Assembly: GCA_042584125.1 (NCBI GenBank)
Contig: JBHOTE010000001.1
Coordinates: 12,974 to 76,973, forward strand
Origin: Bacteroidota bacterium
GTDB taxonomy: Bacteria; Bacteroidota; Bacteroidia; Flavobacteriales; Flavobacteriaceae
Length of the DNA stretch: 64,000 nt
Direction of reading: 5' to 3'
Each line of letters starts with the position of its first letter. Within the stretch, counting starts at the first letter, position 1. A program made the translations under genes and the position numbers. The notes under the pieces are model-generated. The model made no database searches and was not told the origin of the DNA. It was given only the letters and a program-made list of their open reading frames with translations. Below, piece after piece: positions 20,511 to 31,325 of this stretch.

Positions 20511-21500
20511 CTAAAGTACTTCTACCGATTTTAAAATAGCTTCTAACTCAAACATAAAATCACGTTTTTCTACAGAAGGTGCATAAGTAAAACCCTCTAA
20601 AATAATCCATCTTTTATGTGCTGTATCACGAATAGCAAAATTCACAAAAGGGCCTGCCATAAAATCATTTAACAACTCCCACTTTCCATAAGTTTTATAA
20701 GTCTCTATCTCATTTAAAGTAGTTTTGTACAGCCTAGGTTTTACCGCTTTTTCAGTAATCATATACATACCTTCTTTACTTCCTGGCAAAAACTTCTTCC
20801 CAATAGAATCTCTCATTTGAACAATCGCTTCTAACACATTATTTGGTTCTTCTTCCATAGGTACAGAATATACCAAAATGTTAGATCTACCATCTCCTTT
20901 TGCAATTCCACCAGACAGATATTGTCTTAACCACAAAAACTCACCATTATCTTCAACTGTTCTAAAAAATTTAGGAATCGTTAACTCAATACCTAAATTG
21001 GTTAAGGTTTTATACGTTCCTTTTGGAAATGCTTTTTTCGAAAAATTATCTTGAACATTCTTTGTGTCGGCCTTTTTAAATACTGAAATTAGTTCATTCT
21101 TATACAACTCTAATGTATGAATTATATCACCTTCTGTGGGACCTACAATTCGTACTATTTGCTGTGGCTTTGCATAAAGGTCTTTTTTTGTTTGAAATGC
21201 ATTCAAAGTATCTTTTTCAATAATTAAAACATTTCTACTTGCTCTAAACATGGCACCAAAAGAATTTGAAGGAATTTGAGAGACATCAAATTGATTTTCT
21301 TCCTGTGGTAACCCAACAACAGGAGTCATGATAATTTGTTTCAATTTTTTCCCAATTTCACCTTGCCATTTACTGTTATCCATAACTATCAACAAATGAT
21401 TCATTCTACCATTTGAATCGGAAATTACAGGTTTAGAGTTTTTACTTTCACAACCAACCAATATTAAAAATGTGACAAGTACTACAGCTAAATTTTTCAT
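20511..21500 (-). CDS. DUF4837 family lipoprotein
   Basis: Lipobox LVGC, GLPQEE, GKWE...MAGPF, YAPS.KR motifs. Confidence 0.8.
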   Translation of the reverse strand: MKNLAVVLVTFLILVGCESKNSKPVISDSNGRMNHLLIVMDNSKWQGEIGKKLKQIIMTPVVGLPQEENQFDVSQIPSNSFGAMFRASRNVLIIEKDTLNAFQTKKDLYAKPQQIVRIVGPTEGDIIHTLELYKNELISVFKKADTKNVQDNFSKKAFPKGTYKTLTNLGIELTIPKFFRTVEDNGEFLWLRQYLSGGIAKGDGRSNILVYSVPMEEEPNNVLEAIVQMRDSIGKKFLPGSKEGMYMITEKAVKPRLYKTTLNEIETYKTYGKWELLNDFMAGPFVNFAIRDTAHKRWIILEGFTYAPSVEKRDFMFELEAILKSVEVL

Positions 21501-21528
21501 GTTATAATTTTAGAATCAACATTAAAAA

Positions 21529-23070
21529 CTACAAAGTTTTTTGATAAATATAAAGTTTCTTTCCAGGGACAATATTTCCTCTATTACCAATACCATTCCA
21601 ATCTTTCAATTCTTGTATGGTAATTTTCGGATATTTTTTTGAAATACTCCAAAGTGAGTCTCCTTTCTGAACTATATAACTAATTTTCTTTCCTTTACCG
21701 ACTATCAGTTTTTTCTGCTTTTTACTCGTATTAGATTTAGCTACCATAAAATTCAAACGCTTCGGATAAATGGTCAAGCGTTTACCAATACTAATATTTG
21801 ATGTACGCATGCTATTCCATTTTTTAATATCGGACACTCGAACACCATACCTGTTCGCAATTTTTCCTAAATAATCACCACTCTTAACTTTATAACGAAT
21901 TCTTTGATTCATTTCAAAATACTGTGGAAGTGGTTTCTCTCTTTCAGCATCTTCTTTTGCTGCCAATTCATAAATTGCAGCTTCATTATTTACAAAAGTA
22001 GCTATATGTTCTTTGGGTAATCTAATCGTATAATTTCTATCCTTTACAAAAGGAACAATATCTAATTTATACTCAGGATTTAAAAATTGCAGCATTTCTA
22101 CACTTACATTTAGTGTCTCATTTAACTGATCAAAAGTTAATAAGCGTTTAGGCTGAATCGTATCAGTAGCAAAATGATACGTCATTGGTGCAACTGGCTG
22201 AATATTGTGCTCTTTAGCATATTCAAAAATATACATGGTTGCATAAAATGCAGGTAAATAGCCTGCTGTTTCACTTGGTAAAAACGGACGAATATTCCAA
22301 TAATTTCTATGACCTCCAGAACGCCTAATTGCTTTAGATACATTTCCTGGTCCAGAATTGTAAGCAGCCAAAGCTAAATCCCAATCGTTAAAAGTTTTAT
22401 ACAAACTTTCTAAATATTTGCAAGCTGCTTCTGCTGATTTTACAGGATCCTGACGTTCATCAACATAGGAACTAATATTTAAACCAAATTGTTTTCCTGT
22501 TTGATACATAAATTGCCAAATTCCTGTAGCACCTACCCATGATTTTGCTCTAGGATTTAAAGCCGATTCAACTACTGCCAAATATTTTATTTCCAACGGA
22601 ATATCATATTTATCCAAGAAGGACTCAAACATTGGAAAATAATACTTTGCACGAGCCATCATTTTTGGATAATATTTTGATCTCGTTTTTAAATACGATT
22701 TAATCAAATTTTCCAATACAGGATTGTACCCCAAATTAAAAGGTGTTTTGGCATCTAAAACTTGTAATCGTTCTTTCAAAACCTCTGTTGAAAGCACAAT
22801 ATTAGTCATAGACACTTCGTTTTCTTGTCCTTCTAAATAAACCGGTAACGCCTCAAAAAGTGGAGAACTATACATGGTTTCTAACCATAAACTATCAACT
22901 ACTTCCGAATAATTGGCAATAATTTCCTGCGTAACAATACTATCAGCAACTACCTCTTGAACAGGCAAACTATCTATTTTCTCAATAATAGAATCAGACA
23001 CTACTTCTTGCGCACTCAAACCACCTACAATCAACCCTACTATCAGGCACAAATATTTTCCTCTTCTCAT
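21529..23070 (-). CDS. mltD: MltD-like lytic transglycosylase with LysM domains
   Basis: VESALNP, GATGIWQFM, LAAYNSG motifs; two LysM repeats. Confidence 0.9.
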   Translation of the reverse strand: MRRGKYLCLIVGLIVGGLSAQEVVSDSIIEKIDSLPVQEVVADSIVTQEIIANYSEVVDSLWLETMYSSPLFEALPVYLEGQENEVSMTNIVLSTEVLKERLQVLDAKTPFNLGYNPVLENLIKSYLKTRSKYYPKMMARAKYYFPMFESFLDKYDIPLEIKYLAVVESALNPRAKSWVGATGIWQFMYQTGKQFGLNISSYVDERQDPVKSAEAACKYLESLYKTFNDWDLALAAYNSGPGNVSKAIRRSGGHRNYWNIRPFLPSETAGYLPAFYATMYIFEYAKEHNIQPVAPMTYHFATDTIQPKRLLTFDQLNETLNVSVEMLQFLNPEYKLDIVPFVKDRNYTIRLPKEHIATFVNNEAAIYELAAKEDAEREKPLPQYFEMNQRIRYKVKSGDYLGKIANRYGVRVSDIKKWNSMRTSNISIGKRLTIYPKRLNFMVAKSNTSKKQKKLIVGKGKKISYIVQKGDSLWSISKKYPKITIQELKDWNGIGNRGNIVPGKKLYIYQKTL

Positions 23071-23098
23071 TTTTGTTTCAACTCGTTTCCTAAATTAA

Positions 23099-24049
23099 TT
23101 ACTCATTCAATAATTTAGACACCTCATCTAAATTTGGCGATAAAATAATTTCAATCCTTCTGTTTTTTGCTTTTCCTGCGGATGAAGAGTTGCTAGCTAC
23201 AGGAACAAATTCTCCTCTACCTGCTGCTGTTATTTGATTTGCAGAAACATTTGCTCTTTCTAAAATTCTAACAATTGCCGTTGCTCTTTTAACCGATAAA
23301 TCCCAGTTATCTTTAATTACAGGACCCTTGTAAGGTACATTATCAGTATGTCCTTCAATTAATACTTTTATATCAGGATTACGAACCAATACTTTCGCCA
23401 ATTCTTTTACAGCATTTTCACCATTAGCTCCAACAGCCCAACTACCTGAATTAAACAATAGTTTATTTTCCATTGAAACATATACATTTCCATTTTTATT
23501 TACCACTGTCAATCCTTTGCCTTCAAAACCTTTTAATGCATTAGAAACTGCATTTTTCAAACGTTGCATTGCAGCTTCTTTATCAGCAATCAATTTCTCT
23601 AAGTCATTAATTTTTGCTGAACGCGCTGTTAATTCTCCTTCCAGTTTTCTTAAACGAGCCCCTTCCTCCATTAATTCTGTTTCCTTTTGCTCTAATTTTG
23701 TTAAAAGCTCTCGGTTTTCTTTTGCATTAGATGCCAAAGCAGAAGAACTATTTGAAGCCAATAAATCATAAGTCTTTTTTAATTCTTCATACGATTTTCT
23801 TAAGGCAGCTGTTTCTCTTTGCAAAGCCTTTTTATCTTGTTTTGAATTGGCATATTTTTGCTCCAATTCTTTCAAGTAATCATCGTATTTATTTTTGCCT
23901 GCCAAAAGCTCATCATTCTTTTCTAGAAGCTCTTTTTTCTCATCAGACAACTGGTTGTATTTATCTTCTAAATCGACAAATAATTTTTTAGACACACATG
24001 AAGTTGCCAAGAAGGCTACAAAAATCCAAATTGAGGTTTTTTTAATCAT
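23099..24049 (-). CDS. OmpA/MotB-family lipoprotein with coiled coil
   Basis: Lipobox ATSC; EGHTD, NWDLSVKRA, NRRIEI motifs. Confidence 0.88.
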   Translation of the reverse strand: MIKKTSIWIFVAFLATSCVSKKLFVDLEDKYNQLSDEKKELLEKNDELLAGKNKYDDYLKELEQKYANSKQDKKALQRETAALRKSYEELKKTYDLLASNSSSALASNAKENRELLTKLEQKETELMEEGARLRKLEGELTARSAKINDLEKLIADKEAAMQRLKNAVSNALKGFEGKGLTVVNKNGNVYVSMENKLLFNSGSWAVGANGENAVKELAKVLVRNPDIKVLIEGHTDNVPYKGPVIKDNWDLSVKRATAIVRILERANVSANQITAAGRGEFVPVASNSSSAGKAKNRRIEIILSPNLDEVSKLLNE

Positions 24050-24072
24050 CTTTATTTATTTTTAAGGGGTAT

Positions 24073-24834
24073 TTATTCTTTAATTTCTACAACGATAGGA
24101 CAATGGTCGGAATGTTTGGCTTCAGGCAAAATATATGCTCTTTCCAAACGATCTCTTAATGGTTCGGTTATCATATGATAATCAATCCTCCAACCTTTAT
24201 TATTATTTCTTGCATTAGCACGGTAGCTCCACCAACTGTAATGATCTGGTTCTTTATTTAACTCTCTAAAGCTATCAATAAATCCACTTTTTATAAAGTT
24301 CCCTATCCATTCTCTTTCTACAGGTAAAAATCCTGAAACTCCTTTCATTTTAGGATTATGAATGTCAATTTCTTCATGACAAATATTATAATCACCACAA
24401 ATCACCAAATTAGGAATTTCCTTTTTTAGTTGATTTGCATATTCTTGAAAATCCGCCATGTATTGCAATTTAAAATCTAAACGAGCATCATTCGTTCCAG
24501 AAGGCAAATACATACTCATGATAGAAACCGTCTCAAAATCGACTCTGATATTTCTACCTTCAAAATCCATAGTTTCAATACCCGTTCCATAAACGATATT
24601 CTTAGGCTCCTTTTTACACAAAATAGCGACACTGCTATACCCTTTTTTCTGAGCCGAAAACCAGTAGTTGTATCCATAACCAGCTTCTTCGAACAAACTT
24701 AAATCTAATTGTTCTTTATGAGCTTTTGTTTCTTGTAAACAAATAACATCTGGATTTGCAGCTGTTAACCATTCTAGAAATCCTTTCTTAAGAGCTGCTC
24801 TTATTCCGTTTACGTTATAAGATATTATTTTCAT
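24073..24834 (-). CDS. xth: Exodeoxyribonuclease III
   Basis: SYNVNGIRA, LQETK, GDYN, WWSYR, GWRIDY, SDHCP motifs. Confidence 0.95.
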   Translation of the reverse strand: MKIISYNVNGIRAALKKGFLEWLTAANPDVICLQETKAHKEQLDLSLFEEAGYGYNYWFSAQKKGYSSVAILCKKEPKNIVYGTGIETMDFEGRNIRVDFETVSIMSMYLPSGTNDARLDFKLQYMADFQEYANQLKKEIPNLVICGDYNICHEEIDIHNPKMKGVSGFLPVEREWIGNFIKSGFIDSFRELNKEPDHYSWWSYRANARNNNKGWRIDYHMITEPLRDRLERAYILPEAKHSDHCPIVVEIKE

Positions 24835-24852
24835 TTAAATACTTGTATTGTG

Positions 24853-26667
24853 TTATTGAATTTTAGACTTGTATAGAAGTCGTAACTCCTTCCTTTTTAC
24901 CTTATTTGAAGCAGTGCGTGGCAAGTTATCAATTTTAACTAAATCTACCACTTTGAACAAAGGATTTAATTCAGTTTTAATACATTTTTGTACTTTTTTT
25001 AACGCAACTTCTTCATTTATTTCTCCAGATTCCACATAATAAACTACTAAAAAACTTGGTCCACCTTCTAATGGTGAAACTGCAATTGCGGCAGATTCTT
25101 TTACAAAAGGCAATTTATTAATCAAGGCTTCAATTTGCACAGAGCCTATTTTTATTCCTCCTAAATTCATGGCATCATCAACACGACCATTGGCTTTGTA
25201 ATAGCCATTGTCTAAAACCCTTAATTCATCGCCATGTCTTCTTAAAATATTTCCTTGAAAATTTGGCGTATCTAAATAATAAATTTTGTAATGATTTTTA
25301 TTTAACAAAGAGGTAGAAAGCCCCATAATTGGAGGAATTAAAAAGACTTCACCTGTATCAGACTCGTTTCCAGCTTCATCTAACAACACAAATTCACCTC
25401 CCAAAGTTTGAGTAGAAAAATGACTCGGAATATTTTCTTGCACAAGGGTGCTTGCAATATATCCACCCCCAATTTCTGTTCCTCCGCAATACTCAATAAT
25501 AGGTTTGTTATTTGCCAACTCCATTAAATAAGTCATTTCTTTCGGATTAGAAACTTCTCCTGTTGAGCTAAAACATTTTATGCTGCTCCAATTGCAAGAA
25601 CTCATCTTTTCCGTATGTTTCCATTGCTTTACAATACTTGGTACCACACCCAACATCGTCACTCTTGCATTTTCAATAAATTTTCCAAATTCAGCATCCA
25701 TAGGAGAACCATAATACAAAGCAATTGTAGCTTTGTTTATGAGTGCTGCAAAAACCAACCAAGGCCCCATCATCCAGCCTAAATTTGTTGGCCAACAAAG
25801 CACATCAATTGGTTGTATATTATGATGATAATAAGCATCAGAAGCCGACTTTATTGCTGTTGTATGATTCCAAGGAATTGCTTTAGGCTCGCCTGTAGTT
25901 CCAGAAGAAAACAAAATAGTAGTGGTATCATTCGGATTCATTTTTACGGAATCAAATATTGAATTCGAACTCAAAAATTCTGTCCAAAAAAAATCTTCTT
26001 TATGTTTTAAAATACTGTCTTTAACGGTTTCAACAACAACAAGCTTTGTAGTTGTTACATTTTTTATTTTTTTATACAAGTCGTGTACTTTTCCTCCACG
26101 TATAAAAACATCTTGCGTAACTATTAACTTAGGCTTTGTTAACGTTAACCTAATTCTTATTTCTTCTTCAGAAAAACTATCAGCAATTGTGGCCACAACC
26201 AAACCTGATTTTATAGCTGCTAAATAAACCACAACAGCTTCTAAAGTCATGGGCATATAAATGGCAATAACATCCTGAACTTGTAAATTAGCTTCAACAA
26301 AACCATTTGCAGCCTTATGCACTAAAGTGTCTAAATCCTTTTGAGAAACCTCTTCTATATTTCCTTTTTCATTTTGAAAAATAATGGCAATTGCCTCTTC
26401 TGAATTTTGAAAACAAGAATCTGCTATATTTAGTTTTGCTCCTGACAACCATTTCGCATATTCCACACCTTCAGAAACATCTATAATATTTTTGTATTTC
26501 ACCTCTTGTGCGATGTCAAGATTCTTTATAGTTTCTTCCCAAAAAAGCTCTTTTTCATCTACAGACCACCTCCAAAAATCTTTGTATGAGGAGAACCCAA
26601 ATTTCTGCATCATTTTATAGATGTTCGTATTTTCAATTATAGCTTTGGAAGGGTTCCAGTGGTTCAT
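24853..26667 (-). CDS. Acyl-CoA synthetase / AMP-binding enzyme
   Basis: FSSGTTGEPK P-loop, WPTNLGWMMGPW, YCGGTE, GRVDD, LPRTASNK motifs. Confidence 0.88.
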   Translation of the reverse strand: MNHWNPSKAIIENTNIYKMMQKFGFSSYKDFWRWSVDEKELFWEETIKNLDIAQEVKYKNIIDVSEGVEYAKWLSGAKLNIADSCFQNSEEAIAIIFQNEKGNIEEVSQKDLDTLVHKAANGFVEANLQVQDVIAIYMPMTLEAVVVYLAAIKSGLVVATIADSFSEEEIRIRLTLTKPKLIVTQDVFIRGGKVHDLYKKIKNVTTTKLVVVETVKDSILKHKEDFFWTEFLSSNSIFDSVKMNPNDTTTILFSSGTTGEPKAIPWNHTTAIKSASDAYYHHNIQPIDVLCWPTNLGWMMGPWLVFAALINKATIALYYGSPMDAEFGKFIENARVTMLGVVPSIVKQWKHTEKMSSCNWSSIKCFSSTGEVSNPKEMTYLMELANNKPIIEYCGGTEIGGGYIASTLVQENIPSHFSTQTLGGEFVLLDEAGNESDTGEVFLIPPIMGLSTSLLNKNHYKIYYLDTPNFQGNILRRHGDELRVLDNGYYKANGRVDDAMNLGGIKIGSVQIEALINKLPFVKESAAIAVSPLEGGPSFLVVYYVESGEINEEVALKKVQKCIKTELNPLFKVVDLVKIDNLPRTASNKVKRKELRLLYKSKIQ

Positions 26668-26754
26668 GATGAATATTTAGAAGAAACTTAAAAATACAAA
26701 AAAAGTGCAAACGAATTTCGCCTACACTTGTTATGAAAAATTTAATTTAACCGT

Positions 26755-29088
26755 TTAAAAATCTGTTTCCTCTTCTTGTTCAAACATCTTAGAATCTGTT
26801 TCTTCTGCACCATCAGCAACAGATGTCGTTCTACAATCAAAATTCACCGAGACATGCTCTGGCTTTTCAAAATCTTCTTGACTGATATTTAAATCGGGAT
26901 CTGCATAACATTTTTTCATATACAAAGCCCAAGTAGGTAAAGACATTGTTGCTCCTTGCCCCTGCTTAATGTTTGCAAAATGAATAATAGAATCATCTCC
27001 ACCTGTCCAAACACCTGTTGCTAAATTAGGAACAACCCCCATAAACCAACCATCAGTATGATTCTGAGTAGTTCCTGTTTTTCCACCAATAGGATTGGTA
27101 AATTCATAAGGATATCCAGTAGAAACATTGTCAGGATATTTTCCCCATTTCCCTCTTAAACGAACTCCAGAACCATCTTCAGTAACTCCTTTTAACAATT
27201 CTAAAACTACAAAGGCAGACTCTTCACTTAAAACTTGATTTGTTTTTGGTGTAAATTCCTGTAATACGGTTCCATTTTTATCTTCTATGCGCAAAACCAT
27301 CATTTGATTTACGCGCAATCCTTTATTCGCAAACATTGCGTAAGCACCCACCATATCATACAAACTTGCATCTGCTGTTCCTAAAGCAATAGAAGGATAC
27401 GCAGGTATGTGTGAAGTAATTCCTGCACGTTTTGCCAAACGGACAACTGTTTTCGGCCCAACTTCATGAATCAATCTTGCTGTAATTACATTCACCGATT
27501 TAGCCAAAGCTTGTTTTAATGTTAATTCACCTCCATAACTATCTCCTGAATTTCTTGGCGTCCAATCTTCATCCATTCCATAAGCTTCTTTTGGAACTGT
27601 AAATGGTGTGTTAGGATATTTTTCACATGGAGATTTCCCTAATTGATCAATTGCGGAAGCATAAACAAAAGGTTTAAAAGTAGATCCTACCTGACGTTTT
27701 CCTTGCTTTACATGATCATATTGAAAAGATTTATAATTTATACCTCCAACCCAAGCTTTTACGTGTCCTGTTTGTGGTTCAATAGATAGCAATCCAGAAT
27801 GTAAAAAATGTTTGTAATAACGAATAGAATCATACGGGCTTAAAACCGTATCCTTTGTTCCTTTCCAAGAAAACACTTTCATCTTTTCTTTTACACGGAA
27901 TAATTTATCAATCTCTTTTCTAGACTTTCCTGCTTTTTTTAGCTGGCGATAGCGTTGTGTACTACGAACCGCTAAATCCATAATTCTATCAATCGCACCT
28001 TCGTGGTCTTCAGACTCATAAAAAGGAGCCGTTTTATTTTTTTTCTGTTCTTTAAAAAACACACGTTGTAAATTAGACACATGCTCTTGAACAGCCTCTT
28101 CTGCATATTTTTGCATACGAGAATCTATAGTTACGTAAATTTTTAAACCATCTCGGTATAAATTATGTAGACTTCCATCGGCTTTTGGGTTTTCCTTTAC
28201 CCAATCTTTCATATAATCCCTAACATACTCTCTAAAATAAGTAGCCAAACCATCATAATGCTCTTCCGGAGAAAAATTCAACTCCATAGGCAAATTTTGT
28301 AAGGAATCTTTTTCCTGCGCTGTAATTACCCCATTTCTATGCAACTGAAAAAACACTTGATTTCTTCTTCTCAAAGATTTATTTCTCGAAATAGTTCTTT
28401 TAGGATTGTACTGCCTTGGATTCTTTAACATCGCTACTAAAACTGCAGATTCTTCTATTTTTAAATCCTTCGGCTCTTTACCAAAATAAATTCTTGAAGC
28501 AGAACGAATTCCAATAGCACGATATAAGAAATCGAACTTATTAAAATACATTGTCAAAATTTCCTGCTTCGTATATTGACGCTCTAATTGAATGGCAATC
28601 ACCCATTCTTTCGATTTTTGTATAATTCGTGTAAAAATATTTTTTGATCCTTCGCCATGGAATAATAATTTCGCCAACTGCTGAGTAACAGTACTTGCTC
28701 CTCCTCCTTTACCAAGCTTAGCAACAGCTCTCATTGTTCCTTTAAAATCTATTCCTGCATGCTCAAAAAAGCGTTCGTCTTCAGTAGAAACTAACGCTTG
28801 AACTAAATTTTCCGGCAAGTCTTTATATTTAACTGGAGTTCGATTTTCAATGGCTATTTTACCCAAAGTTTTTCCGTCAATGGATATAATCTCTGTAGCC
28901 AAATTATGCTCCGGATTTTCCAACTCTTCAAAGGTTGGTAATTCACCAAACACACCTAAAGAGGTTAATAAAAAAAGTAAGATTACAGAACCTAAACCTC
29001 CTCCTATTGCCAACCAAAACCACTTGATGTACTTATTAAAAGATGGATTTGCTTTTTTTATACTTTTTTTTGCTTTTTTCGTAGCCAT
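26755..29088 (-). CDS. Class A penicillin-binding protein 1A
   Basis: TEDERF, GASTVTQQLAK (transglycosylase); STFK, SVN, KTGT (transpeptidase). Confidence 0.93.
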   Translation of the reverse strand: MATKKAKKSIKKANPSFNKYIKWFWLAIGGGLGSVILLFLLTSLGVFGELPTFEELENPEHNLATEIISIDGKTLGKIAIENRTPVKYKDLPENLVQALVSTEDERFFEHAGIDFKGTMRAVAKLGKGGGASTVTQQLAKLLFHGEGSKNIFTRIIQKSKEWVIAIQLERQYTKQEILTMYFNKFDFLYRAIGIRSASRIYFGKEPKDLKIEESAVLVAMLKNPRQYNPKRTISRNKSLRRRNQVFFQLHRNGVITAQEKDSLQNLPMELNFSPEEHYDGLATYFREYVRDYMKDWVKENPKADGSLHNLYRDGLKIYVTIDSRMQKYAEEAVQEHVSNLQRVFFKEQKKNKTAPFYESEDHEGAIDRIMDLAVRSTQRYRQLKKAGKSRKEIDKLFRVKEKMKVFSWKGTKDTVLSPYDSIRYYKHFLHSGLLSIEPQTGHVKAWVGGINYKSFQYDHVKQGKRQVGSTFKPFVYASAIDQLGKSPCEKYPNTPFTVPKEAYGMDEDWTPRNSGDSYGGELTLKQALAKSVNVITARLIHEVGPKTVVRLAKRAGITSHIPAYPSIALGTADASLYDMVGAYAMFANKGLRVNQMMVLRIEDKNGTVLQEFTPKTNQVLSEESAFVVLELLKGVTEDGSGVRLRGKWGKYPDNVSTGYPYEFTNPIGGKTGTTQNHTDGWFMGVVPNLATGVWTGGDDSIIHFANIKQGQGATMSLPTWALYMKKCYADPDLNISQEDFEKPEHVSVNFDCRTTSVADGAEETDSKMFEQEEETDF

Positions 29089-29097
29089 TATGCTCTT

Positions 29098-29580
29098 TTA
29101 CTCTTTTGATTCTATTCTAAATCCTACATCGGTAATTCCTGGTAACAATTCAATTCCCGATACTTCATTTCTTTTCCTCATCGCTTGCTCAATTTTAATT
29201 TTGTACAAACCTTTACTTGGAAAAACAACTCCTTCTTTAAAAGAAAGTTTATTGCTTTTTAAATCTGTAAAACCCTCTCCTAACCAATTTCCATTTTTAT
29301 CCGTCATTTCATACTCAAGTGTATCAATAACGTAGTAACCGTTTGGATATTCGAATTCAGTTATTAAAAAAAGATTACTATAGGGATATTCATTATTATT
29401 TCGAATATTAATATATAAATTATTTGACGAGACAGTATCTTGAATATCAAACTCAAAATTGATGAAATTATCTTTCAACCACCCCTGTTCTCCTAAGGAT
29501 ACGTAGGTATCATATTTTCTTTGGGAGTCACAACTAACTAGAAAGATTAATGACATCAATAAAAATATTCCTTTATGCAT
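29098..29580 (-). CDS. gldH: Gliding motility lipoprotein GldH
   Basis: True start MHKGIFLLMSLIFLVSC (lipobox); RNNNEYPYSNLFL, DTL, G.WLG.G, QAMR, GITDVG motifs; located between ricT and PBP1A. Confidence 0.9.
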   Translation of the reverse strand: MHKGIFLLMSLIFLVSCDSQRKYDTYVSLGEQGWLKDNFINFEFDIQDTVSSNNLYINIRNNNEYPYSNLFLITEFEYPNGYYVIDTLEYEMTDKNGNWLGEGFTDLKSNKLSFKEGVVFPSKGLYKIKIEQAMRKRNEVSGIELLPGITDVGFRIESKE

Positions 29581-31108
29581 CTTTATTGGTGTTAGTATCT
29601 GGCTTGCTATTTGGATTCGGTTTTTTACGACGATTGTTATTACGTCTAGGCTTTTTTGCCACTCCCTCTGTAGGCGTATTGCTTTGGGCTGGAGTATTTT
29701 TTTTAGCTTGTGGTTTTTGACCTTGTGGCTTTGCAGCTTGCTCTCCTTGTGCTTGTGGTCTATTATTTCCTCTATTTCTATTTTGAGGTCTTCTTTTCTT
29801 TGGAGGACCTTGTCTTTTTTCTTGAGGGCTCTGTTTATTTGGAGTATTTGCAGCACCGGTAGCCGTTTCTTTATTTTGGTTGTTATTTCTTCTTGGTTTA
29901 TTATTCCCTCTAGAACTACCAGCAGTTGCACCAGCTTTCGGCGCATTTGGATTTGGCTTTTGCCCTGTTCTTGGCTTTCTTTTTTTGTTATTATTTCTTC
30001 GTTTGTTCGTTTTTGGCTTATCAAAACGTGTCAAACTATCTTGCCCAACTACATTTTCAAAATCAATTTTTGTTTCAACAACCAATTCTGACTCTAACTC
30101 TTCAAGTGTTGCCCCTTTTTCTCCTGCTTTGTTCTGTGCAATAATTTCATTTACTTGCTCTAAGGTTAATTGGAACCACTTAGAACCTTCCTCTTTTGAA
30201 GTATACCATAACAAGCCTTTGAAAATATCCATTTTCACGAAATAGGCTCTTCCTTTTTCTGTTTCAAGTACTGTATCTTGTTTTGGAAAACCTTTCAATG
30301 CATCTAAATAAGAATCTAATTCAAAATTTAAACAACACTTTAATTTCCCACATTGTCCAGCTAATTTTTGGGGATTTAAAGACAATTGTTGGTAACGTGC
30401 CGAAGCGGTATTTACTTTTCTAAAATCTGTTAGCCAAGTAGAACAACAAAGTTCCCTACCACAAGACCCAACACCTCCTAAACGAGCAGCTTCCTGTCTT
30501 AAACCAACTTGCTTCATTTCAATACGTATTCTAAACGCACTTGCCAAATCTTTAATTAATTGTCTAAAATCAACTCTTTCCTCAGCTGTATAGTAAAATG
30601 TTGCTTTATTTCCATCTCCTTGAAATTCGATATCAGACAGTTTCATTTTTAAGCCTAAACGACCTAAAATTTCTCTACCTCTTTTTTGAGTTTCTTCTTC
30701 TTTATCTCTAGAAGCTTGCCAAATTTCAATATCTTTTTGAGTCGCTTTTCTGTAAATTTTCTTGATTTCTTCTGTATCGTCTTCTGCTACTTTTTTCTTC
30801 TTCATCTGAACACGAACCAGCTCCCCTGTTAAAGAAACTGTACCAATATCATGTCCTGGAGAGCTTTCTACGGCTACAACTTCACCAATATTTAATTGAA
30901 AATTATTTACATTTCTAAAAAAATGCTTTCTTCCGTTTTTAAAACGAACCTCTACAATATCTAAAGGTTTTTGACCACTTGGGAGTGCCATGTTTGATAA
31001 CCAGTCGAAGACCGAAAGTTTGTCACAACTACCTGTTGCACAATTTCCGTTACTTTTACAACCATTAGGTACACCTGATTTATCTGTAGAGCAAGAATTA
31101 CAGCCCAT
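29573..31108 (-). CDS. ricT: PSP1/YaaT/RicT family protein
   Basis: EVRFK, RVDFRQL, GSCGRELCCS, GQCGKLKCCL motifs; Cys-rich N-terminus; low-complexity tail. Confidence 0.88.
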   Translation of the reverse strand: MGCNSCSTDKSGVPNGCKSNGNCATGSCDKLSVFDWLSNMALPSGQKPLDIVEVRFKNGRKHFFRNVNNFQLNIGEVVAVESSPGHDIGTVSLTGELVRVQMKKKKVAEDDTEEIKKIYRKATQKDIEIWQASRDKEEETQKRGREILGRLGLKMKLSDIEFQGDGNKATFYYTAEERVDFRQLIKDLASAFRIRIEMKQVGLRQEAARLGGVGSCGRELCCSTWLTDFRKVNTASARYQQLSLNPQKLAGQCGKLKCCLNFELDSYLDALKGFPKQDTVLETEKGRAYFVKMDIFKGLLWYTSKEEGSKWFQLTLEQVNEIIAQNKAGEKGATLEELESELVVETKIDFENVVGQDSLTRFDKPKTNKRRNNNKKRKPRTGQKPNPNAPKAGATAGSSRGNNKPRRNNNQNKETATGAANTPNKQSPQEKRQGPPKKRRPQNRNRGNNRPQAQGEQAAKPQGQKPQAKKNTPAQSNTPTEGVAKKPRRNNNRRKKPNPNSKPDTNTNKDA

Positions 31109-31325
31109 ATGTATTTTTATATTTTGGATGCCTTTTTTACGACATGTATATTTATATTCAATTAAAAAAACGCTAAAACACTCATGAATTGAGTTTTACA
31201 AAGCCTTTTATAAATTTCCTTCAATTCGTAAAGATACTATAAAAATAAAAACTATAAAACGTGTTCACAGCTTCAATAATTTTTATTTTTTTAAATTGAT
31301 TTATAGAAAAAAATCACGGTCTTTA

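Noticed and set aside
29581-30024. 148-codon N-terminal extension of gldH overlapping ricT, plus several antisense ORFs
   Set aside because: The lipoprotein signal starts at Met 29580; the open alternative frames are explained by the low-complexity ricT tail.
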